Shown: positions 1 to 8,706, counted from the stretch's first letter. The stretch is DNA of 16,260 nucleotides from Candidatus Ratteibacteria bacterium (GCA_049971295.1 JBMFLH010000041.1:1-16260); one strand, 5' to 3'. Program-made: numbers and translations. The notes: a model not told the origin generated them from the sequence alone.

Positions 1-23
1 ATATAAACAACCCTCTCTACCAT
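1..23 (-). CDS. Possible 5' end of a gene running off the left edge (MVERVVY...)
   Basis: ATG at 23-21 with AAGGGA 7 nt upstream (36-31), same strand as neuA. Only 7 full codons are visible, so no product can be assigned. Confidence 0.3.
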
Positions 24-173
24 CTCTAATTCCCTTGTGAAAAGGCAATGAATTAATCATAATTACCCTGGATTTTTCAACCGTTCAACCATATTGTTTT
101 AAGAGCCCCAAAAAGGCTGAACCATTTAATAATAATTTCTGGATGTGGAACTGTTAAGTTTATCTCCACCATC

Positions 174-893
174 TTATTTGTCTTTTTTGATGACATCTAA
201 ATATATCTCCTTGAGTTTTTTTTCAAACAACATCTCTACAAGATCCAGGTCTGTTAAATTATCTATTTCAAAAGATTGCCAGAACTCCATAAAATACATA
301 CCAATCTTTCCACCGAGTCTGTTTTCTTGGTTTAAAAGTATGTCCGGTTTGAAAATATAAAATGAGCCATTCTCAACAAACTGAGGTTCCGCAGACTGCC
401 GCATTCTTCGATTTTTATAATCATAATTAAAACTGTATAACATACCGTTGTTATCTCTCTTCCAGATCAAGAAATCTTCAAGGATAGCAGCAGAAAAAAG
501 AGAATCCCATTTATTGTTTTTAAATTGCGCAAGGGCGCGTGAAAGATCATGAGGTTTGCGTAGTGGGCTAGTCGCTTGAAGCATTATTACTATTTCACCA
601 GAAAACCCTATTACCTTTAATGCATGCGCCACCGCAAGCTCTGAAGGGGATGTATCATCTGATATGTCTATTGGACGTTTAATCCCTTTTGCACCATAGT
701 TTTTTGCAATATTAAGGATTTCATCACTATCAGAACTTACAAAAACATCATCAATTTCAGCTGTGATCAAAGATTGAATTATAGTCCATGCGATTAAAGG
801 TTTCCCACAGAAATTAATGATGTTTTTCTTTGGAATTCCTTTTGACCCACCCCTTGCAGGAATAATGGCTACAATGTTTGCTTTCCTGTTCAT
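174..893 (-). CDS. neuA: Acylneuraminate (nonulosonate) cytidylyltransferase, CMP-NeuAc synthetase family
   Basis: Motifs AIIPARGGSKGIPKKN, GKPLIAW, VSSDS, LQATSPLR, ENGSFY and EID. 239 aa with no fused HAD domain. ATGA overlap with the neuB stop. Confidence 0.93.
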   Translation of the reverse strand: MNRKANIVAIIPARGGSKGIPKKNIINFCGKPLIAWTIIQSLITAEIDDVFVSSDSDEILNIAKNYGAKGIKRPIDISDDTSPSELAVAHALKVIGFSGEIVIMLQATSPLRKPHDLSRALAQFKNNKWDSLFSAAILEDFLIWKRDNNGMLYSFNYDYKNRRMRQSAEPQFVENGSFYIFKPDILLNQENRLGGKIGMYFMEFWQSFEIDNLTDLDLVEMLFEKKLKEIYLDVIKKDK

Positions 894-1810
894 TTTTCTT
901 CAGCAGGTCCGTAAAGAGGTTTAAGATAGTACCTTAATTTCTCAGCAATTTTTGTCTCGTTCGACGTGATTCTTTTTACTCCATCTCCCATTACAATTGG
1001 GATCGTTCTGATGTAACTGACCAATAGCTGAAGGCCTCGTTTTTCCAGGGACGCAGCCTGATCAGTACCATACATCGCCCTGTCAAGGGTAATATGCCTT
1101 TCCACTGCACATGCTCCCATCATTGCAGCAAGAACTCCGGGTATCATTGTAACCTCATGCCCGCTATACCCAACAGGGCATCTGTATCTTCTGTATAGTT
1201 CAACAATACAACGAAGGTTCAAAATGCTTTCTTGTGCTGGGTATTCTGATACGCAGTGCATCAAAACAAAAGGACAACTATGTTTCCTGAATATTTCAAC
1301 AACAATATCAATGTCTTCATACGTGCTCATACCAGTCGAAATGAAAGTAGGCTTCCCTTCTTCAGCCACCATTTTTACCAGTTCAAGGTGTTTAATCATT
1401 GCTGACGCAATTTTATTGTACTTCAAATTGAACTGTCTCAAAAATAACTGGCTCTGGGTATCCCAGGCAGAAGCAAACCATTCCATACCAATTTGCTTAC
1501 AATAAGCGTCGATCTCTTCATATTCTTTCTGTCCAAATTCTAAGGCTTCTTTCTGGGCTCTCTGGGTATTACCCCACGGACTTTCTCTCGGGGAGTCAAG
1601 AAATTCTTTTGTATAAACAATCTCTACGGTTCTTTTTTGAAACTTCACTGCATCGCAACCACATTCCTTTGCCATATCAATCAATCTTTTTGCAATCTCC
1701 ACGTCTCCATTATGGTTGATACCTATTTCTGCGATAATCATAACGTGTCTGGCTATGGGCCAGGGTTCTTTCTGAATCAAGTCTGTCGCAAAAGAAAAAT
1801 TATCACTCAT
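890..1810 (-). CDS. neuB: N-acetylneuraminate/nonulosonate synthase family, short form lacking the C-terminal SAF/antifreeze-like domain
   Basis: Motifs IIAEIGINHNGD, DAVKFQ, KIAS, ISTGMS, LMHCVSEYP, GYSGHE and ERHITLDR...DQAASLE. The protein ends about 45 aa after DQAAS. Confidence 0.92.
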   Translation of the reverse strand: MSDNFSFATDLIQKEPWPIARHVMIIAEIGINHNGDVEIAKRLIDMAKECGCDAVKFQKRTVEIVYTKEFLDSPRESPWGNTQRAQKEALEFGQKEYEEIDAYCKQIGMEWFASAWDTQSQLFLRQFNLKYNKIASAMIKHLELVKMVAEEGKPTFISTGMSTYEDIDIVVEIFRKHSCPFVLMHCVSEYPAQESILNLRCIVELYRRYRCPVGYSGHEVTMIPGVLAAMMGACAVERHITLDRAMYGTDQAASLEKRGLQLLVSYIRTIPIVMGDGVKRITSNETKIAEKLRYYLKPLYGPAEEK

Positions 1811-2696
1811 GTTCTTCTCCTGTATTTTGTTTTTTTGCTACTGCCCACAGTGTATCTGAATAACCTTTCTCTATCAAAATTCTGGCATATTGTTTGCAAA
1901 AACTGTCAGGGAAAATGCTCTGAAAGAAGCCCTGCCCGCCAGGTTTCCCTGTAATCATCCAATGAATATGATTGTTGAAATCATAACGCTGGATACCCCT
2001 GACACTAGTGCTCAAACCCGCTTTTTCACATACCTTGGTCAGTGTTTCTTTAGAAAAGTAGCAAAGGTGCGCCTTCTGAAAATAAAATTTTTTGAATGTA
2101 TCAATATTATAAAGTGAAAGAAGGGCATCATTAATATTTGGAACTTCAATAAAAATTCTGCCATTATCTTTCAATATTTTTTTAAGGTTACTAAGATATT
2201 CAACAGGATTTAGCAGGTGTTCGAGCACATGGAACATTACAATAATATCAAATTTTAATTTATCATCCTGTTTTTTTATGTCAGAATAAACATCGATTTT
2301 GAAATTTTTCTGTATCCAGGTTCTTGATTCTTCGTCAACCTCTATCCCTACCACTTTTTTCACAAGAGGTTTTACCTGACTGAGAAATGCACCTGTACCA
2401 CAACCAACTTCAAGAATACTTGTGTCGAAATTTAGATATCTTTTAATTCTTTTTAACCTAATTTTTGCCTCAGGGAGGTCAGAGACAAATCTTTCAGACG
2501 CAGGCGGGTCATGGTATTCATTTCTGTATTGAATTGCGTAGTAGTTATTCAACTCCTTTTCATCAGGAAGGGGAAAGAGAAAAACAAGTCCACAATGATC
2601 ACATTTTTTCACTTTGCTCGTATTATCGTGTCTGACGCCGTTCTGAATTGTTTCAATACCCGTATTTCCACAGAGGTAGCAGGCAACATCTTTCAT
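1803..2696 (-). CDS. Class I SAM-dependent methyltransferase with N-terminal Zn-binding CxxC...CxxC
   Basis: CYLC...CDHCGL, SAM motif I ILEVGCGTG, FDIIVMFHVLEHL and LKDNGRIFIEVPN. Typical of methyltransferases in glycan loci. Overlaps the neuB start by 8 nt. Confidence 0.88.
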   Translation of the reverse strand: MKDVACYLCGNTGIETIQNGVRHDNTSKVKKCDHCGLVFLFPLPDEKELNNYYAIQYRNEYHDPPASERFVSDLPEAKIRLKRIKRYLNFDTSILEVGCGTGAFLSQVKPLVKKVVGIEVDEESRTWIQKNFKIDVYSDIKKQDDKLKFDIIVMFHVLEHLLNPVEYLSNLKKILKDNGRIFIEVPNINDALLSLYNIDTFKKFYFQKAHLCYFSKETLTKVCEKAGLSTSVRGIQRYDFNNHIHWMITGKPGGQGFFQSIFPDSFCKQYARILIEKGYSDTLWAVAKKQNTGEEHE

Positions 2697-2699
2697 TCT

Positions 2700-3170
2700 T
2701 CACTCCACTGTCATTGATTTGATTGTCTCAAAGTTGTCAAGAAAAAATTCAATCTTTGAAATCAGTTTTTCAATCTGGTTGATTTTCTTTGTAAAATGGT
2801 CGTCATTGGATTTCACTTTATTCTTCTGCTTTACCTGTTCAATTAAAGGTTTTGCATAAGAAAGTCTTTTTTCAAGCCCGGTTTTCAATTTATTGAGGAT
2901 AATTTCTTCTATGTTTTCGTTGGCAGTGTAAAGAGCTCTTGAATAACCTTTTCTCCACACCTTTTTTACTGCATTCCATTGTTCAAGGGTTCTGAGATTT
3001 ATGCTGACATTGCCCTTGCTCATCTCAAGGAATTTTCCAATTTCTGTTGGAGAAAGAGGTTTGTCTGAAAGATATAAAAGGGCATATATCTGACACACTG
3101 CCCTGTTCAATCCAAGGCTTTCGCCCAGATTGACTGCTGCCTCAATCAAACGATCTTTTGATTCTTCCAT
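2700..3170 (-). CDS. GbsR/MarR-family winged-helix transcriptional regulator
   Basis: GLNRAVCQIYALLYLSDKPLSPTEIGKFLEMSKGNVSINLRTLEQW matches the GbsR-type wHTH pattern. Confidence 0.85.
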   Translation of the reverse strand: MEESKDRLIEAAVNLGESLGLNRAVCQIYALLYLSDKPLSPTEIGKFLEMSKGNVSINLRTLEQWNAVKKVWRKGYSRALYTANENIEEIILNKLKTGLEKRLSYAKPLIEQVKQKNKVKSNDDHFTKKINQIEKLISKIEFFLDNFETIKSMTVE

Positions 3171-3182
3171 AGTCCCATTTGT

Positions 3183-3218
3183 TTAGAATGTTTTAAATCA
3201 TTTTAACAATTTTGTCAA
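3183..3218 (-). promoter_or_regulatory. Putative promoter of the gbsR-MT-neuB-neuA operon with an overlapping inverted repeat
   Basis: TTGACA (3218-3213), 17 nt spacer, weak -10 TAAAAC (3195-3190). Imperfect palindrome TTAGAATGTTTT|AAATCATTTTAA at 3183-3206 (10 of 12 pairs). Confidence 0.5.
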
Positions 3219-3252
3219 GAGGAGGAAGAAAAAAGCAGGATTATAAAATTTT

Positions 3253-3645
3253 TCAGGATTTTTTTCTTTCAGGCCAGTGCGATTCAATAATGGAGTAAAT
3301 TCCACCCCTTGGAGTAAATTCACCCTTTACAGAAATCCAGACAGGTTTGATTGCTGAAACGATGTCTTTCAGAATTCTGTTCACAGCGTTTTCGTAAAAT
3401 ATTCCAAGATTTCTGTACGCAAAAATGTATTCTTTTAATGATTTCAGTTCAATAATTCTGTCTTTTGGCTGATATTGAATGGTAATTTTCCCAAAATCAG
3501 GATTTCCTGTCTTCGGACATAGAGAAGTATATTCAGGAATTACAATGGTAATTGTGTATCTCTTGTGAAAATTTTTAAACCAATCGATCTGAGGAAGTTT
3601 TGCATCAAGCCCTTCAGAGGCAACATCTCTATATTGTTTTGCCAT
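3253..3645 (-). CDS. queF: NADPH-dependent 7-cyano-7-deazaguanine (preQ0) reductase, unimodular type
   Basis: PEYTSLCPKTGNPDFG (catalytic Cys/Asp), QueF motif ELKSLKEY and C-terminal FTPRGG. Confidence 0.92.
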   Translation of the reverse strand: MAKQYRDVASEGLDAKLPQIDWFKNFHKRYTITIVIPEYTSLCPKTGNPDFGKITIQYQPKDRIIELKSLKEYIFAYRNLGIFYENAVNRILKDIVSAIKPVWISVKGEFTPRGGIYSIIESHWPERKKS

Positions 3646-3647
3646 TG

Positions 3648-3923
3648 TTAGAAAAATAAAATCTTAAATTCCTTAAATTCACCGGTCGCTTTCTCTTTAT
3701 CAATATTGATGTAATGAATATTCAGCCCCAAATAACCTTTTTTCATTTTTCTTATAAAAGATTCAAGTACGTCAGGTTCTGCTTCTGCAACAATTTCAAC
3801 TCTTCCATCCGGAAGGTTTTTCACCCAACCACAAACGCCAAGTTCTTTTGCAATACTTGTCGCATACCAGCGAAACCCTACTCCTTGAACCTGCCCTATA
3901 ATATGGATATGCCATCTTTCCAT
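3648..3923 (-). CDS. acyP: Acylphosphatase
   Basis: Signatures GQVQGVGFR and GWVKNLPDGRVE; 91 aa. Confidence 0.93.
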   Translation of the reverse strand: MERWHIHIIGQVQGVGFRWYATSIAKELGVCGWVKNLPDGRVEIVAEAEPDVLESFIRKMKKGYLGLNIHYINIDKEKATGEFKEFKILFF

Positions 3924-3934
3924 ATTAAAGATTA

Positions 3935-3957
3935 AGCCCCGCCTTGAAGGCGGGGCT
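3935..3957 (-). terminator. GC-rich hairpin after groEL, probably a leaky terminator or stabilising stem-loop
   Basis: AGCCCCGCC-ttgaa-GGCGGGGCT, a 9-bp perfect stem 18 nt after the groEL stop. The minus-strand tail UAAUCUUU is a poor U-tract. Confidence 0.65.
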
Positions 3958-3975
3958 CATTAACTTTATCAGTTA

Positions 3976-5598
3976 TCAATATTCAGGATATGGCGGTGCT
4001 GCAGGTGCCTTCTCTTTCTTTTCTGGCTTTTCTGTAATCAGGGTTTCTGTTGTCAGAAGTAGCGCAGCAACACTGACAGCGTTTTCAAGAGCAGTTCTTG
4101 TTACCTTTGTCGGATCAATAATACCTGCCTTGACAAGGTCCTCAAATTGATCTGTTTCTGCATTGAAACCAAAACTTTCTTTGTCAGCAGAGCGAACCTT
4201 GTCAACGACAACTGCTCCATCCATGCCAGAATTTTCTGCAATTTGCCTCAAAGGCGCTTCAAGGGCTTTATAAACAATCTTTCCGCCTGTCTTTTCATCC
4301 TCATCAATATATTCCACTTTTTCAATTTCACTCTGGCAGCGAAGTAGAGCCACTCCACCACCAGGAACAATACCTTCCTGAACTGCAGCCCTTGTTGCAC
4401 TCAGCGCGTCTTCAACACGAGCCTTTCTTTCCTTCATATCTGATTCTGTGGGCGCTCCCACATTCACCACAGCAACTCCACCAGCAAGTTTCGCAAGTCG
4501 TTCCTGCAATTTTTCTTTGTCGTAATCTGAGGTAGATTTTTCAATTTCTTTCTTTATCTGGTTGATTCTTCCTTCGATGTCGGACTTTTTGCCAGCGCCT
4601 TCAACGATTGTCGTATTTTCCTTGTCAACAATTATTCTTTTGGCGCGGCCAAGCATGCTGATGTCAACGTTTTCAAGTTTCATACCAAGCTCTTCGGCAA
4701 TGACTTTTCCGCCAGTAAGAATCGCGATATCCTCAAGCATTGCCTTTCTTCTGTCACCAAATCCCGGCGCCTTCACAGCACAGCAGGCAAGAGTTCCGCG
4801 AAGCTTGTTCACAACAAGTGTTGCAAGGGCTTCACCTTCAACCTCTTCAGCAATAATAAGCAGTGGTCTTCCGCTCTGGGCTATCTTTTCAAGAAGTGGA
4901 AGCAAATCTTTTATCGCTGATATTTTCTTGTCATGAATCAGGATGTATGCGTCTTCAAGAACAGCTTCCATTCTTTCTGAATCAGTAACAAAATATGGAG
5001 AAAGATACCCACGGTCAAACTGCATTCCTTCAACAACTTTCAGCTCTGTCTCAGTTCCTTTTGCTTCCTCAACAGTAATCACGCCTTCATTGCCCACTTT
5101 CTCCATTGCATCAGCAATGATTTTTCCGATTTCGGGGTCATTGGCAGCTGCAATTGTTGCGACCTGCTGTATTTCCTGCTTGTCTTTGGTGGGTTTACTC
5201 ATACTTTTCAACTTCTCAACCACAGCTTTTGCGGCTTTTTCAATACCGTGTCTGAGATGCACTGGATTTGCTCCTGCCGCAACATTCTTGAACCCTTCCT
5301 TTGCAATGGCAAGGGCAAGAAGAGTCGCTGTTGTTGTGCCATCGCCTGCAATATCATTGGTCTTTGAGGCAACTTCTCTCAATAATTGCGCGCCAAGGTT
5401 TGCATACGGATCTTCAAGTTCGATTTCCTTTGCAATTGTCACACCATCATTGATGACTGTGGGTGAGCCAAATTTCTTTTCAATAACAGCGCATCTTCCT
5501 TTTGGTCCGAGTGTTGGTTTGAGCGCTTCTGCAACAACTTCCATTCCCTCAAGCATTTTTCTTCTTGCTTCTTCACTAAAAATCATCTGCTTGGCCAT
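3976..5598 (-). CDS. groEL: Chaperonin GroEL
   Basis: [48 protein letters not shown] and [17 protein letters not shown] upstream. Confidence 0.99.
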   Translation of the reverse strand: MAKQMIFSEEARRKMLEGMEVVAEALKPTLGPKGRCAVIEKKFGSPTVINDGVTIAKEIELEDPYANLGAQLLREVASKTNDIAGDGTTTATLLALAIAKEGFKNVAAGANPVHLRHGIEKAAKAVVEKLKSMSKPTKDKQEIQQVATIAAANDPEIGKIIADAMEKVGNEGVITVEEAKGTETELKVVEGMQFDRGYLSPYFVTDSERMEAVLEDAYILIHDKKISAIKDLLPLLEKIAQSGRPLLIIAEEVEGEALATLVVNKLRGTLACCAVKAPGFGDRRKAMLEDIAILTGGKVIAEELGMKLENVDISMLGRAKRIIVDKENTTIVEGAGKKSDIEGRINQIKKEIEKSTSDYDKEKLQERLAKLAGGVAVVNVGAPTESDMKERKARVEDALSATRAAVQEGIVPGGGVALLRCQSEIEKVEYIDEDEKTGGKIVYKALEAPLRQIAENSGMDGAVVVDKVRSADKESFGFNAETDQFEDLVKAGIIDPTKVTRTALENAVSVAALLLTTETLITEKPEKKEKAPAAPPYPEY

Positions 5599-5613
5599 AT
5601 TTCCCTCCTCGTG

Positions 5614-5913
5614 TTATTTTACAACAATGCCAAGTATGTCCTCCTCACGAAGGATCATATATGTTTCGTTATCAACTGTAACTTCTGTACCTGCATACTT
5701 ACCGTACAACACCACATCTCCAACCTTAACTTCCATCTTGATGGGTTTTCCATCATCATCAAGCCGTCCTTTTCCAACAGCAACAACCTTTCCTTCCTGC
5801 GGCTTTTCTTTTGCTGTGTCAGGAAGGATTATGCCTCCTTTTGTCTTTTCCTCTGGCTCCATTGGCTTTACCACGACCCTATCGCCCAATGGCTTAATTT
5901 TGAATTCTGCCAT
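5614..5913 (-). CDS. groES: Co-chaperonin GroES (start revised to 5913, 99 aa)
   Basis: [31 protein letters not shown] and EEDILG. SD AAGGAGG at 5925-5919 favours the ATG at 5913 over the track's 5937. Confidence 0.97.
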   Translation of the reverse strand: MAEFKIKPLGDRVVVKPMEPEEKTKGGIILPDTAKEKPQEGKVVAVGKGRLDDDGKPIKMEVKVGDVVLYGKYAGTEVTVDNETYMILREEDILGIVVK

Positions 5914-6051
5914 ACCATCCTCCTTGTGAAAAAACATGAAAAACTGATTTTACTGTTCCCTAACCCTACTTCCAAAACTATTAGATGAACCCAAAGCAAA
6001 AATGGTTTCAAAAATCGGAAAAAAAGGATTTTTGATTTTTTCAAAAATTTT

Positions 6052-6080
6052 ATTATACTTATAACAATAAAATCTGTCAA
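6052..6080 (-). promoter_or_regulatory. Consensus sigma70 promoter for groESL
   Basis: TTGACA (6080-6075), 17 nt spacer, TATAAT (6057-6052): a perfect match. Confidence 0.85.
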
Positions 6081-6106
6081 GGGTTATAACAAAACCAGGG
6101 GAAAAT

Positions 6107-7249
6107 ATGAAAAAGGTAAAAATTGGCATTATCGGTGTAGGTGGAATGGGTCAGGGCCATGCAGAATCTATGAAAAAGGTAAAAGAAGCCCAGCTTGTTG
6201 CAGTGTGTGATAACGAAGCAGACAGGGCAAAGGAAGTTGGTGAAAAACATGGAGTGAAGTGGTTTGTAGATTATAAGGAACTCATTGATAGTGGTATCGC
6301 TGATGCAATAATTGTGGCAACCCCACATTATTTTCATCCGGAAATCAGTGTATATGCGATGGAAAAAGGACTACATGTTCTCAGTGAAAAACCCATTGCA
6401 GTAACTGTGAGACAAGCAGATACAATGGTTGAGGCAGCAAAAAAAACAGGAAAAGTATTTGCTGTGATGTATCAAATGAGAAACAGTGGAATATTTATTG
6501 CTGCTAAAAAACTGATTCAGGAGGGGAAACTTGGTGAAATAAAAAGAACCCTTCTTGTGAACCCATGGTACAGGTCTCAGGCATACTATGATAGTGGCTC
6601 ATGGCGCGCAACATGGAAAGGCGAAGGTGGTGGCGTGCTTATTAATCAGGCGCCGCACATGATCGACATTTTTACCTGGCTTGCAGGACTTCCTAAAAAA
6701 TTTGAAGCAAAAGTGAGGACAAGATTGCATAATATTGAGGTTGAGGATGAAGCAAGCGCTTTACTTGAATACGAAAATGGTGCCTGGGGATACTATTACA
6801 CAACCACGAATGAATGTCCGTCTATTACCTATCTTGAAATAGCCGGGGATAAAGGAAAAATTATTTATAATGGGGAGTCTTTAAGATTTTTTGCAACAAA
6901 ACAACCTATCAGTGAATTCACTTTCAAGAATAAAAGTATGTGGGCTGGTGTTGAAACAAAAGAGAAAACTTTACGCATCCCAAAAAAAGAAACATCACAT
7001 GCCGCGATTATTAGAAACTTCTGCAGGGCAATCATTAAGGGTGAAACACTTGTTTCTCCAGGAATTGAAGGAATCAATTCAGTGGAATTCATTAATGCGA
7101 TATTGCTTTCAGGATATAAAGGAAAACCGGTTGAAACTCCTGTTGACAGAGATGAATATGATGCTTTCCTACAGGATATGATAAGAAAATCAAAAGATAA
7201 GTCAACAGTCCGGGTTCAGATACAAACCGACCCTAATATTAAAAAATAG
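6107..7249 (+). CDS. Gfo/Idh/MocA family NAD(P)-dependent oxidoreductase
   Basis: IGIIGVGGMG Rossmann motif, VATPHYFH, HVLSEKP, WRATWKGEGGGVLINQAPHMID and VEDEA. Confidence 0.93.
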   Translation: MKKVKIGIIGVGGMGQGHAESMKKVKEAQLVAVCDNEADRAKEVGEKHGVKWFVDYKELIDSGIADAIIVATPHYFHPEISVYAMEKGLHVLSEKPIAVTVRQADTMVEAAKKTGKVFAVMYQMRNSGIFIAAKKLIQEGKLGEIKRTLLVNPWYRSQAYYDSGSWRATWKGEGGGVLINQAPHMIDIFTWLAGLPKKFEAKVRTRLHNIEVEDEASALLEYENGAWGYYYTTTNECPSITYLEIAGDKGKIIYNGESLRFFATKQPISEFTFKNKSMWAGVETKEKTLRIPKKETSHAAIIRNFCRAIIKGETLVSPGIEGINSVEFINAILLSGYKGKPVETPVDRDEYDAFLQDMIRKSKDKSTVRVQIQTDPNIKK

Positions 7250-7256
7250 AGGTGCT

Positions 7257-8312
7257 TTATTTTAAGGGTACTTTCTGAACCCTGCCGGTTTTTGCAGATT
7301 TGTATGCTGCTAAAATAAGAGCCTGATTTCTGACTCCGTCTGTTCCTGAATTGAACACTTCTGTGTCTTCAATAACGGATCTTGAAAAACTTTCAATTTG
7401 AGCTCTGTAAGTATTAAAGGGCTCTGCTTCAATTTTTTTGCTTGTGGAAACCAGCTGACGCTGTTGTTGGGCATCATACCCTCTTGTTTCTGTCTCAAGA
7501 TATGCAGTGGCATCACCATCAGGGGATTGCCCGATTGTACCCATCGCTATCACACTGCCTCTACTTCCATAAATTTCAAGAACATTCTTTGAGGAATTGT
7601 CTGGAATGCTGAAACAACTATCTATCACGCCAATTGCTCCATTTGCAAATCTTGCCAGCGCAATCGCTGTATCTTCCACCGGATACTTATGAACGAGCGT
7701 ATCAATCATACAGGTAATCTCCTTAATCCTGCTATCAAGAATAAATTCAAGTAGGTCCATACAATGGCAACCCATATCAATAAAGGACCCTCCACCACCA
7801 AGAGATGGAATCTGTCGCCAAGCACCTTTGATAGGAGGATACCAGCAAGACAATTGCGCCCTTGCCATTACAATTGTTCCAAGTTCTCCGCTTAAAACCA
7901 TTTCACGAATTTTCCTGTTGATGGTGTTGAATCTCATCATAAAATCCACACCCAGTTTCACCTTGTTTCTTTTTGCAAGTGAAACGAGTTTTTTTCCTTC
8001 TTCCACCTTTAAAGTAATTGGTTTTTCAACAAGAGCATGTTTCTTTGCTTTGAGAATCTTTTCTGCCTGTTTGAAATGTAGATAAGCAGGCGTGGCAATA
8101 TAAACTGCTTCAACCTCTGGATCACCAATTAATTGGTCCTCATCGGTGTAATATCTCACATGGAATTTTTCTCCTGATTTTCTTGCCATTTCCTCGTTTA
8201 CATCACAGACTGCAACAAGTTCAGCGTTGTCTGCAGGAATAATACCTTCTGGAATTGTGCGTCTGAATGCTATTCCGCCAGAACCGATCACACCCCATTT
8301 CAGTTTTCTCAT
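7257..8312 (-). CDS. Gfo/Idh/MocA family oxidoreductase
   Basis: WGVIGSGGIA, VYIATP, HALVEKP, GGGSFIDMGCHCMD and VEDTA. SD GGAGG upstream. Confidence 0.93.
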   Translation of the reverse strand: MRKLKWGVIGSGGIAFRRTIPEGIIPADNAELVAVCDVNEEMARKSGEKFHVRYYTDEDQLIGDPEVEAVYIATPAYLHFKQAEKILKAKKHALVEKPITLKVEEGKKLVSLAKRNKVKLGVDFMMRFNTINRKIREMVLSGELGTIVMARAQLSCWYPPIKGAWRQIPSLGGGGSFIDMGCHCMDLLEFILDSRIKEITCMIDTLVHKYPVEDTAIALARFANGAIGVIDSCFSIPDNSSKNVLEIYGSRGSVIAMGTIGQSPDGDATAYLETETRGYDAQQQRQLVSTSKKIEAEPFNTYRAQIESFSRSVIEDTEVFNSGTDGVRNQALILAAYKSAKTGRVQKVPLK

Positions 8313-8315
8313 CTT

Positions 8316-8672
8316 TTACCTCCATATTTTTTTCTTTATCTTCATTTCATCAGGACCAAAAAATTTCACCAGTATTCCCTCACTATCAAAACCAAATGCA
8401 AAGTTGTCATAGTACCACATCTCAAACATTCCTGTTTCTGAAAGGTATGTTTCATCTGGTTCTCCAAAAAGGTCTCTTATTAATTTCTGGTCCATTCCTG
8501 GTAAAATCTTTCCTTCAACGATGGCCTGTCTCACTTCTGGGGCAAGTTCAGTATGTTTCATTGCAAAATCCAGCCGCGCCTTTTTATTGCGCTGAAAATT
8601 TTCATAAGCAGAATAATGGGCACAGCCACAGGCAAGGACAACAGTGATGATAATCATATAAATTTTACTCAT
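8316..8672 (-). CDS. Small lipoprotein with SmpA/OmlA (BamE)-like motif
   Basis: Signal peptide MSKIYMIIITVVLACG-C with lipobox; motif ILPGMDQKLIRDLFGEPD...MWYY; SD GGAGG. Ends 3 nt before the oxidoreductase start. Confidence 0.65.
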   Translation of the reverse strand: MSKIYMIIITVVLACGCAHYSAYENFQRNKKARLDFAMKHTELAPEVRQAIVEGKILPGMDQKLIRDLFGEPDETYLSETGMFEMWYYDNFAFGFDSEGILVKFFGPDEMKIKKKIWR

Positions 8673-8706
8673 ACAGCCTCCTGAAGTAAAATATTAATTC
8701 AAAACC

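Noticed and set aside
3253..3645. queF as part of a 7-deazaguanine DNA-modification (dpd) system, or as GTP cyclohydrolase I
   Set aside because: No dpdA or tgt-like neighbours; the QueF motif and catalytic Cys/Asp fit an ordinary QueF.
5914..5937. ORF-track groES start at 5937 (MFFHKEDG extension)
   Set aside because: The extension contains the AAGGAGG SD for ATG 5913, and GroES similarity begins after it.
4562..5988. Long plus-strand ORFs (328, 124 and 125 aa) opposite groEL/groES
   Set aside because: Antisense shadows of highly expressed, codon-biased genes; Ser-rich with no recognisable motifs.
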